This document shows positions 12,001 through 23,200 of a stretch of DNA of 64,000 nucleotides, one piece after another (within the stretch, counting starts at the first letter, position 1; each line of letters opens with the position of its first letter). A program made the translations under genes and the position numbers. This DNA is from Lepidodermella squamata. Its lineage: Eukaryota; Animalia; Gastrotricha. Below the pieces are notes generated by a model, which saw only the letters and a list, made by a program, of their open reading frames with translations, searched no databases and had not been told where the DNA came from. The stretch spans positions 3,596,001-3,660,000 of the forward strand of contig JBLDXI010000009.1 in the NCBI GenBank assembly GCA_047495785.1, in the 5' to 3' direction.

Positions 12001-13058
12001 ATAGCTCTCAACTCTCCGAAAATCCTAGATTGAAGTATGTAATATTTCGCTCATTTCAGGGTATGGATTATTGCGAATCCTACTTCCGAAGCCGTCGACG
12101 CAACGACCCGGAAACCAGCTTTTTGTGCGGAGCTGCTGGAGTTCACGTCACCGCTGCACTGATTGCCAACGAGCTGAAACAAACCGAACGATGCAACGCA
12201 CACATTCAAGCCTTTCGGTCGATCGGCCCTAAGTTAAAGCCGGTTAACTTCTCCCGACATGGCTCGGACGAAATGCTGGTCGGGCGCGCTGGATACATAG
12301 CCGGAGCTCTACAACTCAACCGCTTCATACCAGGATCGATCGACCCTAATTTGATTAAAGATCTTTACGAATCAATGATCACATCAGGGTCGGAATATGC
12401 GAAAAAACGGAATTTACCGACCCCATTAATGTACGCATATTGGGAAACTGAATATCTCGGCGCCGCTCACGGATTATCTGGAATTCTTCAAGAAATGTTG
12501 AGCGTTTCGTGTAACATTCCAGGCTTAGCTGAGCCGCCATCCGTTCGCCAAGCCGCTGATTTCCTGCTATCGCTAAAGCAATCAGATGGAAATTATGCAC
12601 CAGCTTTAGATGAAGTTGGCAAACCTAGGCGGAAAGAGGATGCCCTAGTTCATTGGTGCCACGGAGCCTCAGGTGTGGTCTACTGCCTAGCTATGGCCTA
12701 CCAAAAATACGGCGATCAAAAATATTTGAATGCAATTTTCGAAGCTAGTGATTTAGTCTGGGAACGAGGTTTGCTGAAGAAAGGCCCAGGAATATGCCAT
12801 GGAATTGCCGGCAGTGGTTATGTTCATCTGCTATGCCATCGCCTATCTACCAATCCGGAAGATCAAAACAAGTACCTGGGCCGCGCGATTAAATTTTGCG
12901 AATTTTTAACCTCTGATGAATTTATCAGTAAGGCAGGAAAACCTGACAGCCCTTGGTCTCTTTACGAAGGTTGGGCTGGAACCTTGTGTTTCATTTGTGA
13001 TTTAATTTCTAACCCTGGAAAGGCAGAGTTTCCATTTTCTGACGTATTTTCCTTTTGA
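9092..13058 (+). CDS. LANCL3: LanC-like protein (LANCL3-like); exons 9092-9334, 12060-13058
   Basis: DGGLYTGSPGIAY, FLCGAAG, GSDEMLVGRAGY, YLGAAHG, HWCHGASG and GICHGIAG (Zn-ligand Cys/His), SLYEGWAGTLCF; phase-0 2.7-kb GT-AG intron. Confidence 0.92.
10200..10460. repeat. Clustered imperfect direct repeats (TTGCGACR x5; TCCAGCACTAAATTTG x2), probable transposon subterminal repeats
   Basis: TTGCGAC recurs at ~10207, 10247, 10267, 10315 and 10336; TCCAGCACTAAATTTG occurs at ~10385 and ~10443, inside the LANCL3 intron. Confidence 0.55.
10858..11994 (-). mobile_element. Degenerate transposon relics in LANCL3 intron: hAT-type BED zinc finger joined to Ty3/Gypsy integrase C-terminal (GPF) fragment
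   Basis: AYTCNLC...STNLCRHLNKKHP (BED CxxC/HxxxxH), followed by FSPGDTVLL...LAPRRNGPFRVV...VNISRLERY (GPY/F module); internal stops; (GATTT)n repeats and a CAGAG start at 11870-11994. Confidence 0.65.
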
Positions 13059-13082
13059 AATAAAAAATCGTAATTTATTGGT

Positions 13083-14282
13083 TCAAAGATTTCCTTTGTA
13101 AAGTGGAGAGTTATGAAAACATTGCTTCCGCCACCATGAATCCAGGTCTTCGTAAACTTTCCGCTGCCTAACCGGCTGGTTCAGATGTTCGTGAATCTTG
13201 ATACAAGATTTGCAGAACATTCCATAATCCTTCTTAAGCCGATAGACCGTCTTCCACTGAAGATATTGGTTGTATTCATTCTCGTTACTTGCTAATTCTT
13301 TAATGAAATTGACAAAGCTGCGAGGTGATTTGAAATCGCGCAGATTCACGAATGACTTTGGCGGTAAGAATTCCGAATAATTCGCCTCGCCGACGACAAC
13401 AGGAACAATGTTGTATTCGAGAATGTTAAATATTTTTTCGGTGACGTAATCAGGGCAGAGGGAGTTTTCAAATGCTGCGTAAAATAGGTACTCGTCTGCG
13501 AGTTGTGAGTAGCAATTGCCAGATGCTCTACCACTGCCGCACATTTTAGAGCCGCATTTCCCGAAAACATCGACCTCCAATCCTAAGGCCTTTAAATCTT
13601 GTAAAACTTGAAGACGGTTGTAGTTTTGACTGCCGCAGTTTGATATCACTGCAACCAAGTGCTTCTTCCCTTTTACCTTCACCCATTTAGGTATTCTTGC
13701 CGGTTTCTCGTTGACTGGTATCCTTTCATAACCAATGACGTCATTGTACATTGTCACTATATCAGCATCGCGGCGGTAATTCATCGTCCAATTAAAGCGG
13801 CCATTGAAATACCGATAATCATCATGACTCCCTGGTAACATTTGCGCAAGAATCAAGGGTGGTTCAAAGGAATAGAACACGAAAATTTGATCCGGGTCCC
13901 GGCGTCTAGATATCCAATCGAACCATCGCAGATCCAAATCTGTGTGAACTAAATGGAAAAACAAAGCATCGGCTGTTAGCATTTCATGCGGTGCAGTCGC
14001 ATAAGAAACCACACGGCATTTTTTCGGGCATTTGTCTGCCGTGAGAAGATGCGGTACCATGGAGATATCGTCCGAATAAAATGATGTTGCCAACATTATG
14101 GTTACTTCACCGGGAATTTTCTCAGAGCCGTTTTGCGGCCCGAATTTGATTTCGAAAGCATGGTCCATCTTACCCCCTCGAATTACCGGCCATGAAAAAT
14201 GCGATACAAAATGCAGTGCCGAAGCGATAATTAATAGACGCGACAACAGTTTAAAGTGATACGAAGAAAACATTATTCCCAT
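13083..14282 (-). CDS. Alpha-1,3/4-fucosyltransferase (GT10), paralog B, intronless CDS
   Basis: Type II TM, FNWTMNYRRDADI, AVISNC, YLFYAAFENSLCPDYVTEKIF GT10 motif. Start could be ATG 14282 or 14273. Confidence 0.92.
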   Translation of the reverse strand: MGIMFSSYHFKLLSRLLIIASALHFVSHFSWPVIRGGKMDHAFEIKFGPQNGSEKIPGEVTIMLATSFYSDDISMVPHLLTADKCPKKCRVVSYATAPHEMLTADALFFHLVHTDLDLRWFDWISRRRDPDQIFVFYSFEPPLILAQMLPGSHDDYRYFNGRFNWTMNYRRDADIVTMYNDVIGYERIPVNEKPARIPKWVKVKGKKHLVAVISNCGSQNYNRLQVLQDLKALGLEVDVFGKCGSKMCGSGRASGNCYSQLADEYLFYAAFENSLCPDYVTEKIFNILEYNIVPVVVGEANYSEFLPPKSFVNLRDFKSPRSFVNFIKELASNENEYNQYLQWKTVYRLKKDYGMFCKSCIKIHEHLNQPVRQRKVYEDLDSWWRKQCFHNSPLYKGNL

Positions 14283-14468
14283 AAACCGTTTGTTGAATTC
14301 TGATTCACACAAAGGTAAGGCAAGGATTGGTCGAAACTCTCTTGCAATTTCAATTACAGCATCACCAACATTTTATTTCACAAGCTGTGCCTTAATTTCA
14401 CGTTGCCGTAGCATATCATGAGTTGAAAGATCCGGAAGCAAAGTTGTATAAAAATTTCAGGGAAAAAA

Positions 14469-15750
14469 TTATCGGTCGCCAACATAAACCTTGGTATTTT
14501 CCTCACATTGCAGCCGATACCACCCATCAATATCACCGTAAACCTTCTGAAAATGATCATAATATCTAGCCTTAAAAATTCGAAAAAAGACTCACCGATG
14601 GTGATGTGCTTCTTCTTGAATTATCTCCGTAATACTTATGCAATTTAACGCAAGTCAAGCAGAACACTGAATGTGGCACCCATTTCACGCGCAGCGATTT
14701 CTTCCAAAGAAAGTACGAGTTGTAAGCAGTTACATCCTCGGCTAAATTTAAAATGAATCTGGCCAGACTCGATGCTGATTTAAACTCTCGCAGATTGATT
14801 ACCGAATTCGGTGGAACTAGTGAGTCATAGTCGACCTTTCCGATTACTATAGGAACCATGTCGTAATCGAAAATGTTGAACAACTTTTCTGTAACGTAAT
14901 CAGGACACAGTGAGTTTTCGAATGACGCGTAGAACAGGTAATTTTTCTGCAACATTTCGTAACATTCGCCGCTTGCTCTACCCGGGCAAGACTTAGTTCC
15001 GCAACCTCCGTAAATATCGACTTGTAGGCCCAACTTCGATAACTCCTTCAAAACTCCGATACGATCGTAGCCGCTGCTGTGGCAGTTACTTATCACAGCG
15101 GCTATGTGGCGTTTTCCTGCGGTTTTCTGCCAGTGATAGCGTTTATTCGGTAAAATTTCCTCCGGGATGTTTTCGTAACCAATTATCCCAGAATATGGAA
15201 CATAAATATCCGCATCTCGCCTGTAATTCGCAGTCCAGTTGAATCGATGGTTGAAGTATTTAAAATCGCTCATGGGCTGCGGTAAATTTTCTAGCAAAAC
15301 TTGCGGGGGCTCCATTGTGTAGAAAATGAATAGCTGTTCTGGAACGCGGCGTTCCAGCGCCCATCGAAAGAAACGCTTGTCGAGGTCAGTCCACACGAGG
15401 TGGAAAATCAGCGCATTTGCAGTCAGCATCTCGTGAGGGTGGCTGTTGTAAGAAACTAGTCTGCATTTTTTCGGGCATGTTTCCATTTTTTTTAATTCGG
15501 TTGATGAGATTAAGTCGTCACGATAATGCGGCGTGGCCATCATAATTGTAATGGGATCTCGGCTTATAAATGGTATAGAATTATTTATACCAAATCGGCG
15601 CTCCATACGTCGAAAAGCGCCATCAGTAATGAAGCCATGAAAATCGGTGGAAAATATCTTGTAAATTGAAATTAACGCCAAAACTACCAAGCAGTAAAAG
15701 CGAATTTTTACGATTTTCCGCCTCTCGGCTCCAGAAATGCTATGTGACAT
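14469..15750 (-). CDS. Alpha-1,3/4-fucosyltransferase (GT10), paralog A; exons 15750-14596, 14546-14469
   Basis: FNWTANYRRDADI and FENSLCPDYVTEKLF; a 49-nt GTGAGT..TTTTCAG intron supplies KVYGDIDGWYRLQC, homologous to paralog B KVYEDLDSWWRKQC. Confidence 0.92.
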
Positions 15751-17452
15751 TTTCCTTGCAAAACTGCCGCTAGCCCTTGAATTTAATTGAAAATAACACG
15801 AAAAGGATTGGTTTGTTAGAACAAGTTTTATTTGAGTTTAAGATTCGCAGAACCAATCATCAAACATGTTTAAATTTTACAATCCATTAAGCATTCATAA
15901 AGACAACAAGACTTATCAAGAATCGAAAACAATTCATTTCGTCCGGATGAAAGGACCCATTTGTTCTTTTTTCAAGTAGATAGATAGATATATTGGTATA
16001 ATAGATATAGATATATGGGTAGATATAGATGAATCAATAATAATTAAGTATACTATCATAACAGGCAAGAAGAAATAATTAAATCAACAGTGCACGTTAA
16101 ATTTGATATAATACTATTATAGTGAGAATTTTTTAGAATTTTTTCAATGAGTTTTTTCAATAAATTGACGATTTCTTTCACCGTTTTTTTTCACTTCGAC
16201 TTGCTAGGTTATAGTTGTTGTGTTTAATATACATAGTAACAAAACTCAAATCGGGGTTAAAGTTGGACTTTCAGGCGCCATCACACAGGTCGCTGGATAA
16301 ATAAATGTACAGAATCATCAACATAAGCGGCAGAGCTCGCGTTATAGAAAAACAATAACAACAGATTATTACGATATTTTTTTCGCTACTACTCAGGTAG
16401 TGTTTGATTTCGGTTTTAAAGAGCGGCCATACGCACATATAATATATCAAGAAAGTTACAACATAAATGGTTAGAATGTGGTAATCAGTAATTACGCGCC
16501 GAGCTTTTCGAATAGAGATAAGATGTACAAACGGAATGATAGAGACACAGACACACAAGAAATGTCAACTTAAAACCTCACAGCGAGTTTATAAAAACAA
16601 ATAATCGTTGGTTTCGTAGATCTTATATATAGATATAACGCAGCAGAAACGTCACGCACGTAAAACAATAATGATTGCAGAGAATGAAAGAAAAAAAGTT
16701 GGTTATAATTGCGCTCATAGCGATTTTTTAAGATTCTCAATTCAACCCGCCTTAATTTCGACGAGACGAGCAACAACAACACGTGGCAAAAAACAATATT
16801 GATTTTGTGATAAGACTCACTTTCTCACATCATCAATCATCATTTAATAAAAAATCTGAATGACACAGACGCAAAAAATTTTGGTCACTGGATGGCGAAG
16901 ACGGCAAACAAATAAACGAACAAAAGACCGAGTAAATCATCAGATCATCACAACGAAAGTAAGAAAATTTACATGTTTACATATGTTGACGAACTACACA
17001 CGCCGAGGCAAAAATAATAAGATAATATACGTTATCTATTTTTGCAGTATATTCTGACTCTGAATACTTGATTTTCTCTGAGGCACATATTGGAATATTT
17101 GATTTGGTTTGATTTGATAGAAATTTCTCTAATAATAAGTAAATAATTTGATCTAAGCTCTGTTTTCTTTACAAAAAGCTGCACATTCACGCGCTTAGAA
17201 CAACGGCTTGAGTACATTGAGACATAACAGGTATTTGAGCGTTAATATCCTCGAAAGCGCTGGATAGGAATTCTGGGATAAAGACTAATATCTTGGTTAG
17301 GATAGGCGGTCGCTAACGGGGAGATCACAGTAACATAGGCGTGTGGAAATTGAGCAAAAATGGATTGTTTTGGTTTAAAAGCACTCAACTCAAGGCTGAA
17401 AGTAGATGAAAGCTAAAACAAGACTGCTGAGTTTGGCAGTGGACCCATCGCA

Positions 17453-19240
17453 TTAAAACCCGTGTGAACCGTGGGCAAGTTCGCGCCAAAGCTGGTGGGC
17501 AGATTCAGGATTGACCGGAATCGGCTGGTGTTGGGTTGACTGAACTGGACGCGGTTTTTCTGAAGTCGGCATAGTTCCAACTTTCTTCTGGGCAGCCTGT
17601 TGCTGTAATTCAACATTTAAATCCGAAAATACAAAATCAACTAAGACCTACTGAAAGATAGCCGATAGCACGCTCCCCAAGCTGGAACAAAGCCTGTCTA
17701 GCAGCCAAAGTGCTAGCCATCAGTTCGTTCAGCATGTTAGCAAAAACAGTCGAATCGCTAACACGACTAGCCGAATCGTTGCTCGAGTACAAAGTGGCAG
17801 CAATGGTAGATGACAGGTGCATGCGACGGGCGCGTTCGTGCATCTTCATGAGGAACGACTGAAAATTGCGAACGTCTTCCGTCCATTTCTCAAAAGCTTG
17901 CGTTCCGGTGTTTGGCGGCGTCATTTGGGCAACAACCTTAATGCGACGAACCAGGGTGTTGATGCGCAAATTTTCGCGCAGCTGAGCCGTCAACAGCATG
18001 TCAACCCCTGATGTTTCTTTGCGGCCAGGAGTCGCTTCAAGGGGTTCGGGTAGGGCCAACTCGTTGTAGACAGATCGGAACTGCTCAGGCGCGTAATGGA
18101 GCTAAACACATAACTTATTAACATGCCTATATTAATTCTATATTGCTCACCAATTTGCTTTCAAGCTGATGGCGATCCATAATCATAGCGGCTGTTTGGT
18201 TCAAGGCATGGAAGGTCAGTTCGTTGATCTGGCCAATAGCCGAGTGCAACTGAGGCGCCGTGAGTGATGACTGAACATTTTGGTGAACATTTTGAGCAGA
18301 TTGACGATTGGCAGTCACAATGTTGCTAGTTTCAGGAGCACGGACCGGCTGGGCAACTGGTATCATGGCTTGATTGATCACCCTTTGTTGAAGCAAAGCT
18401 TGCGTTGCGGGTGTGCGGAATATTTGGCCACCTACATGGGAAATAAAATCAACTGCTCAATGTGTTCAGTTTCAGTTACAAACCTGGCTGGACAGCCCCC
18501 GGCGGCAGCAAGGTGACGACTTGGCCATTTGATGTCCATGATGCAGTTGGAATGGCAGCCAGTTGTTGTTGACGCTGCTGCAACTGAAAGGCCAAACGGT
18601 TAGCTTGCTGGCGCTGAGCATTCGCCATATTTGAAATAGCGCTGATATTTCCTTGTAAGACCTGTCTCATGGCAGCCTGTTGCTGTTCGACACTAATGGA
18701 TGAGTTTGACAAGACTGGTTGACGAATTTCAGCACCGACAGCTTTCGATACTTGAGCTTGTTTAGCTCCAATTGGTGAAGCCTCGGGAAGGTTAGCCCAA
18801 ATTGCCGCAGCAATCTTATCTTTTTCATTTCTCGAGGGCCAGTCCATATCTTTGTTTTGGTCACCAGCTGAGTCCGACAAGTCATATCCAAAATGAAAGC
18901 TTCGGTTGCGGCTTGTGTTTTCACTGCCTGACCAAAAAGTATCACCTGAAGAAGATCGGCTTAGAGGCTTGGAATCTGACTGAAAGCTCGGAACAGGGGG
19001 TGGAAGACCATCTGAGTTGAATAAGGAGTATTCCGAATGATTGTTGGAAGCATTGCTAAGTTGAGTCTTGCTGGAAGAAAGTAAGCTGATGTTGGTCAGT
19101 CCTTGAACATTAGCAGCAAACATCGAATCGACATCTCTTGCATTGCTTTCGCGATTATGAAGCGTCGAAAACGCCATTTTTTGATCGGGTTTCCCTTGGT
19201 AGAATCCACTTTGAGGGGCAGCGCACCAAACTTCGCTCAT
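17453..19240 (-). CDS. MEIOC: Divergent MEIOC-like protein (low-complexity S/Q N-terminus + coiled-coil domain); exons 19240-18484, 18431-18151, 18101-17652, 17602-17453
   Basis: Three ~50-nt introns give a 545-aa frame. TSGVDMLLTAQLRENLRINTLV and FANMLNELMASTLAARQALF resemble MEIOC [22 protein letters not shown] and [20 protein letters not shown]. Last-exon frame uncertain (alternative donor 4 nt away). Confidence 0.62.
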
Positions 19241-20262
19241 GATAATACGATTTTTCTTAAAAAAAAGGAATTATTCTACAGTCAACAAAACTAGAAAATG
19301 AAAAGAAAGACCACCAATCAGACCAAAATCATTGCTTTGTAATAATAACCATAACCATTAATCAGTTACATCATAAGAGAGAGCCTACATGCACGGATAC
19401 ACAGCACATACACGCGACCTTGTCAGTTAACTGCATCACACCATCTCATGACATGTAGAATATTCCCGATGACGAATTCTGGGAAGTGCGCATGACGATC
19501 ACGTAACAATTGAAAACAAAAATGACATCAATAACTTCGAAGCGCGTGCCGAACGCCAGCACACAAAAAAACAGGCAAAAAGCGCGGTAAAATTTTTTAA
19601 ACTTTCGGAAATAAAAAATATTCTCAGTTTTTTATATTAACACTCAAGCGCAAACAACGACTCTATAATTATTAAATGTGAAATTTTTGGAGGCAACAAA
19701 ATTTGGATCCTTGCTTTTTTGCATTTAGCGTTTTCGTTTTGGCAGTTCTTGGCATGCCTATTCATCAGACAAAGGCACCGATGACGCTGCCCGTTAATGT
19801 CCTTTAGAAGTGTAAGTAAACGCTATTTGCTTTCTTACATGACCCAAAAAGCTGAAAGGAAATGATGCCGGTCGCCGGCTAGAATTCGTCGTATTTATTA
19901 TTTTTTCCGTAACGCTGTTTCGTGTTTCGTGCATACACTCATGCCCTTCTTAACCCCCAATTTACCTTGTATAAATGTTTTTCTAATAGGTGACTGAGTT
20001 CCCCTCCAATATTCTGGAATATGCCACTATTGGATCTAGCGATTGCCGTTTCCCTTTTTTTTGGCTGATAGATTTATTGTTAGATGTTAGATATAGTTCT
20101 ACAAGTAGCTAGCTCTCATTACGTCTGCGTTGCTCCGTTAGGCAGTGGCTGAAGCTTTTACGCTATGTTTTTATATGATCTCTTTAGTTTTTTCTTGATA
20201 GGATGATGCGCATCTTAACACCTTGATATTGGCCAATTGGTGCCTTCAAATCCGCAGGTTAC

Positions 20263-23200
20263 ATGGACAATGTCGTTGGATTGGTGTCGGCAAATGACGC
20301 AAGTCGCCGTCAAGATGCCTATGTAGCTCTGGTTAAAATTATCGATGGGCCGAACGGCCAAGAGGCTGTCGATGCCTTCGATGATTATGGCCGATTGTTC
20401 GATGGCTTATGCCAATGGATCAACTCATCCAGCTTCAAAATATCTTTGAATGGTCTAGACATTGTCACCAAGCTGGCGGTGAAATTGGGAGAGCGCATGC
20501 GTCAATATGTTCCGCAGTTTGTTTCAGCCCTTTTTGATCGGCTAGGAGATGGAAAGGAACAAGTACGCCTGGCGGCACACGAAGCGCTCGCTCAGCTCAT
20601 GGAAACCGTGTGTGCAGCGCAATTCATTTTCGACCACGTGCCAAAGGTGTTCGAATCTAAGCAACCGAGAATACGAGAGGAAGCGTTATTGTGCTTACGT
20701 AATGCCTTGGAACGCTATGGAGGCGGTGGGCTCTCCTTTCAGAAGTTGATGCCATCCATAACTAAATTGCTTGATGATCCTGTTCCCAGTGTCAGAGAAA
20801 GTGCTGTTCAGACTCTGGTACTTGCTTATCGAGTTTACGGTGAAAAGTTTCGTCAGGATCTTGTTAAACGGAACCTTATTCCTGCTAATAAACTCGCAAG
20901 TTTACAGATGAAATTTGACGAAGTCAGAGATCACGCTGGTGCTAACGGCGAAAATGAGATTTTTGCGACAAATGACGTTGCCGATATTGGATCGATCGGA
21001 ACAGGTGGCATGTCCCAGTCGGTCATCGTTATTAAACGCACCGGCTCTTCTTCCAGTCTTTCAACAGGAGGGCCCGGTCGAGCCACCACGGCTAAAGCCC
21101 AAGTGGTGCCTAAGAAAGCCTTCATGACGACTTCAACGGCCATGACTCAAAGCCAATTGCGTGGTCGCGAGGATGGCTCAGTCGATGATGAAATCTTCCG
21201 CAATGCTTTCGAGGAGTCGTTTGCAGCTGCACAACAAGTAGCACATAGACTCACTTTTACGAAGCCTAACGAAGTTACTGATTTCTTGACTCGAGTTCGC
21301 GACCTTATTCCCGATACTCAAGCCGATTGGGAGAAGCGTGTCGAGATTCTGCGCGATTTTCGATTCGTCATAGTGCTTGGCGCCTCCGAATATGATGAAT
21401 TCTGGACGGGGCTCCGAAGCTGTGAAACTGCGTTCCAAAGTGCAGTTCGCGATCTCCGATCACAGCTAGTTAGAGAGGCATGTATGACCATCGCCTTTAT
21501 GGCATTTCAACTCGGAGAATCAGGTCGCATGGACCATTTCTCTGAGCAAATTTTGAGTTCGCTGTTATCTCAGATTCAAAATTCTGCGAAAATCATGTCA
21601 ACATCAGCCGTTACCTGCGTTCAATTCGTCGTCTCAGGCGTTCAAAATCATCGGCTAATACCGATTATCGCCGGACAATTATCAGCCAGTCGGTCGGCGG
21701 TAATTCGAAAATATTGCTGTGAGTTCATCGAGCTTGCTCTCATGCAATGGCCTACCAATTGCCTGGATCGGCAACTGCCACATATTGTCGAATCGGTCAA
21801 ACGAGGCTTGAGTGATGCTGATCAAGAGGCGCGAGCAACCTCAAGAAGAGCTTATTGGCAACTCAAAAACCATTTTCCGGCTCAAGCTGATGCTCTTTTT
21901 GGCCAATTAGATGGCATTAAGCAAAAGGTATGCGCGTTTTGTGAAACTTTCCTGCACATATTGTTCCTACATTCACCCAGGAATTACTGAATGTCGTAGT
22001 CTAGCCTGATTTTGATTAGGAGTGGTCTACTGCCTAATTATATTCTAATTGACTACTCTGAGGTATTCTCGCCAAATTGGCCTGATAACGATCTAGTAAT
22101 GATACAGCTGATTAAATTCGCCGCCTTACTAATTTGTCGCCGTTTTCCTGTTATTAAGACGCACAAGTATTGCTTTGAATATGGAAGACAGCTGATTTCC
22201 TGTGCTACGATCATTATCAGACGAATTATTTCTAATTATGAGCTATCAAAGTTTAAGATTCAGTGAACAATTTGGACTGGATTATAAAAACTTTACAAGA
22301 TCGTGTGAATATTGGCAAATAATTGAATTCTAAGAGCTGAAAAGAGAGGATAACTTGAAATGTCACAAATAGCGCTTAATGCAACTTAAGAAGATATATT
22401 CGAATGTCAATTTGAGCTAATTATATTTGTGAAATTGACATGATGTATTCTGTAATTCAACCCTGTTAGTGATAAACAACGGCTCTAGAAAACAAAAATG
22501 CATACACTTTGAAAGCTCAAAACATGACTGATATATATTTTAATAAATTTTTGCAGTATATTCTCGCGGATCAGCCGTTAAACACCGTTAGAACGGCGTC
22601 AGCAATCGGCCAACACCCTTCCAGGCCACCAGCGCCCCACACAGCCGCGGCGCTACGCTCGCGATCTGCAAGCCGGGGTCGAGGTGGAGCTCTCGGCTCA
22701 GCGGCTAGTGAAGAAGACATCGGCGCGACTACTTACGGCAATGGGGTACCAAACGGCCGATTAGTCAGCCACCCGCCATCTAGCGTCACCGCTCAGCGAA
22801 CCAGGGTAGCAGCTGCCTCACCAGTCACTGCCGCTTTGACGCAAACCGCGTTACCTCCAGTCCCGTCGGTGCCGTCTCACGTCGTGACAGCAGTTCCAAG
22901 TTCCCCGTCTTCGTTAATGACGAATTCAGTCATGTCGACAAATGCGAGACGGACACTCCCGCAGTCACTGCCGTTTACCAGCCCAACGACTAGGACAACT
23001 GGCGCCTCGCCGGCGCAAACACCGACAACGCCGACGTCAAACGGCGGGCGGTCTCGAATTCCGGTCTCCCACTCGCAACCGGGTAGTCGCAGCCAGTCGC
23101 CATCGCCTCGAGCCGCCTACATAACCTCGAACATCCCAATAAATAACAGTCCAGGCCACCTCCAACCAAATATCAACATTCGAGTCGGTAGTCATCAACA

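Noticed and set aside
9092-13058. LanC-like gene as a lanthipeptide biosynthetic cluster or bacterial HGT
   Set aside because: Resembles the standard animal LANCL3 with a spliceosomal intron; no LanB or precursor-like Ser/Thr/Cys peptide identified.
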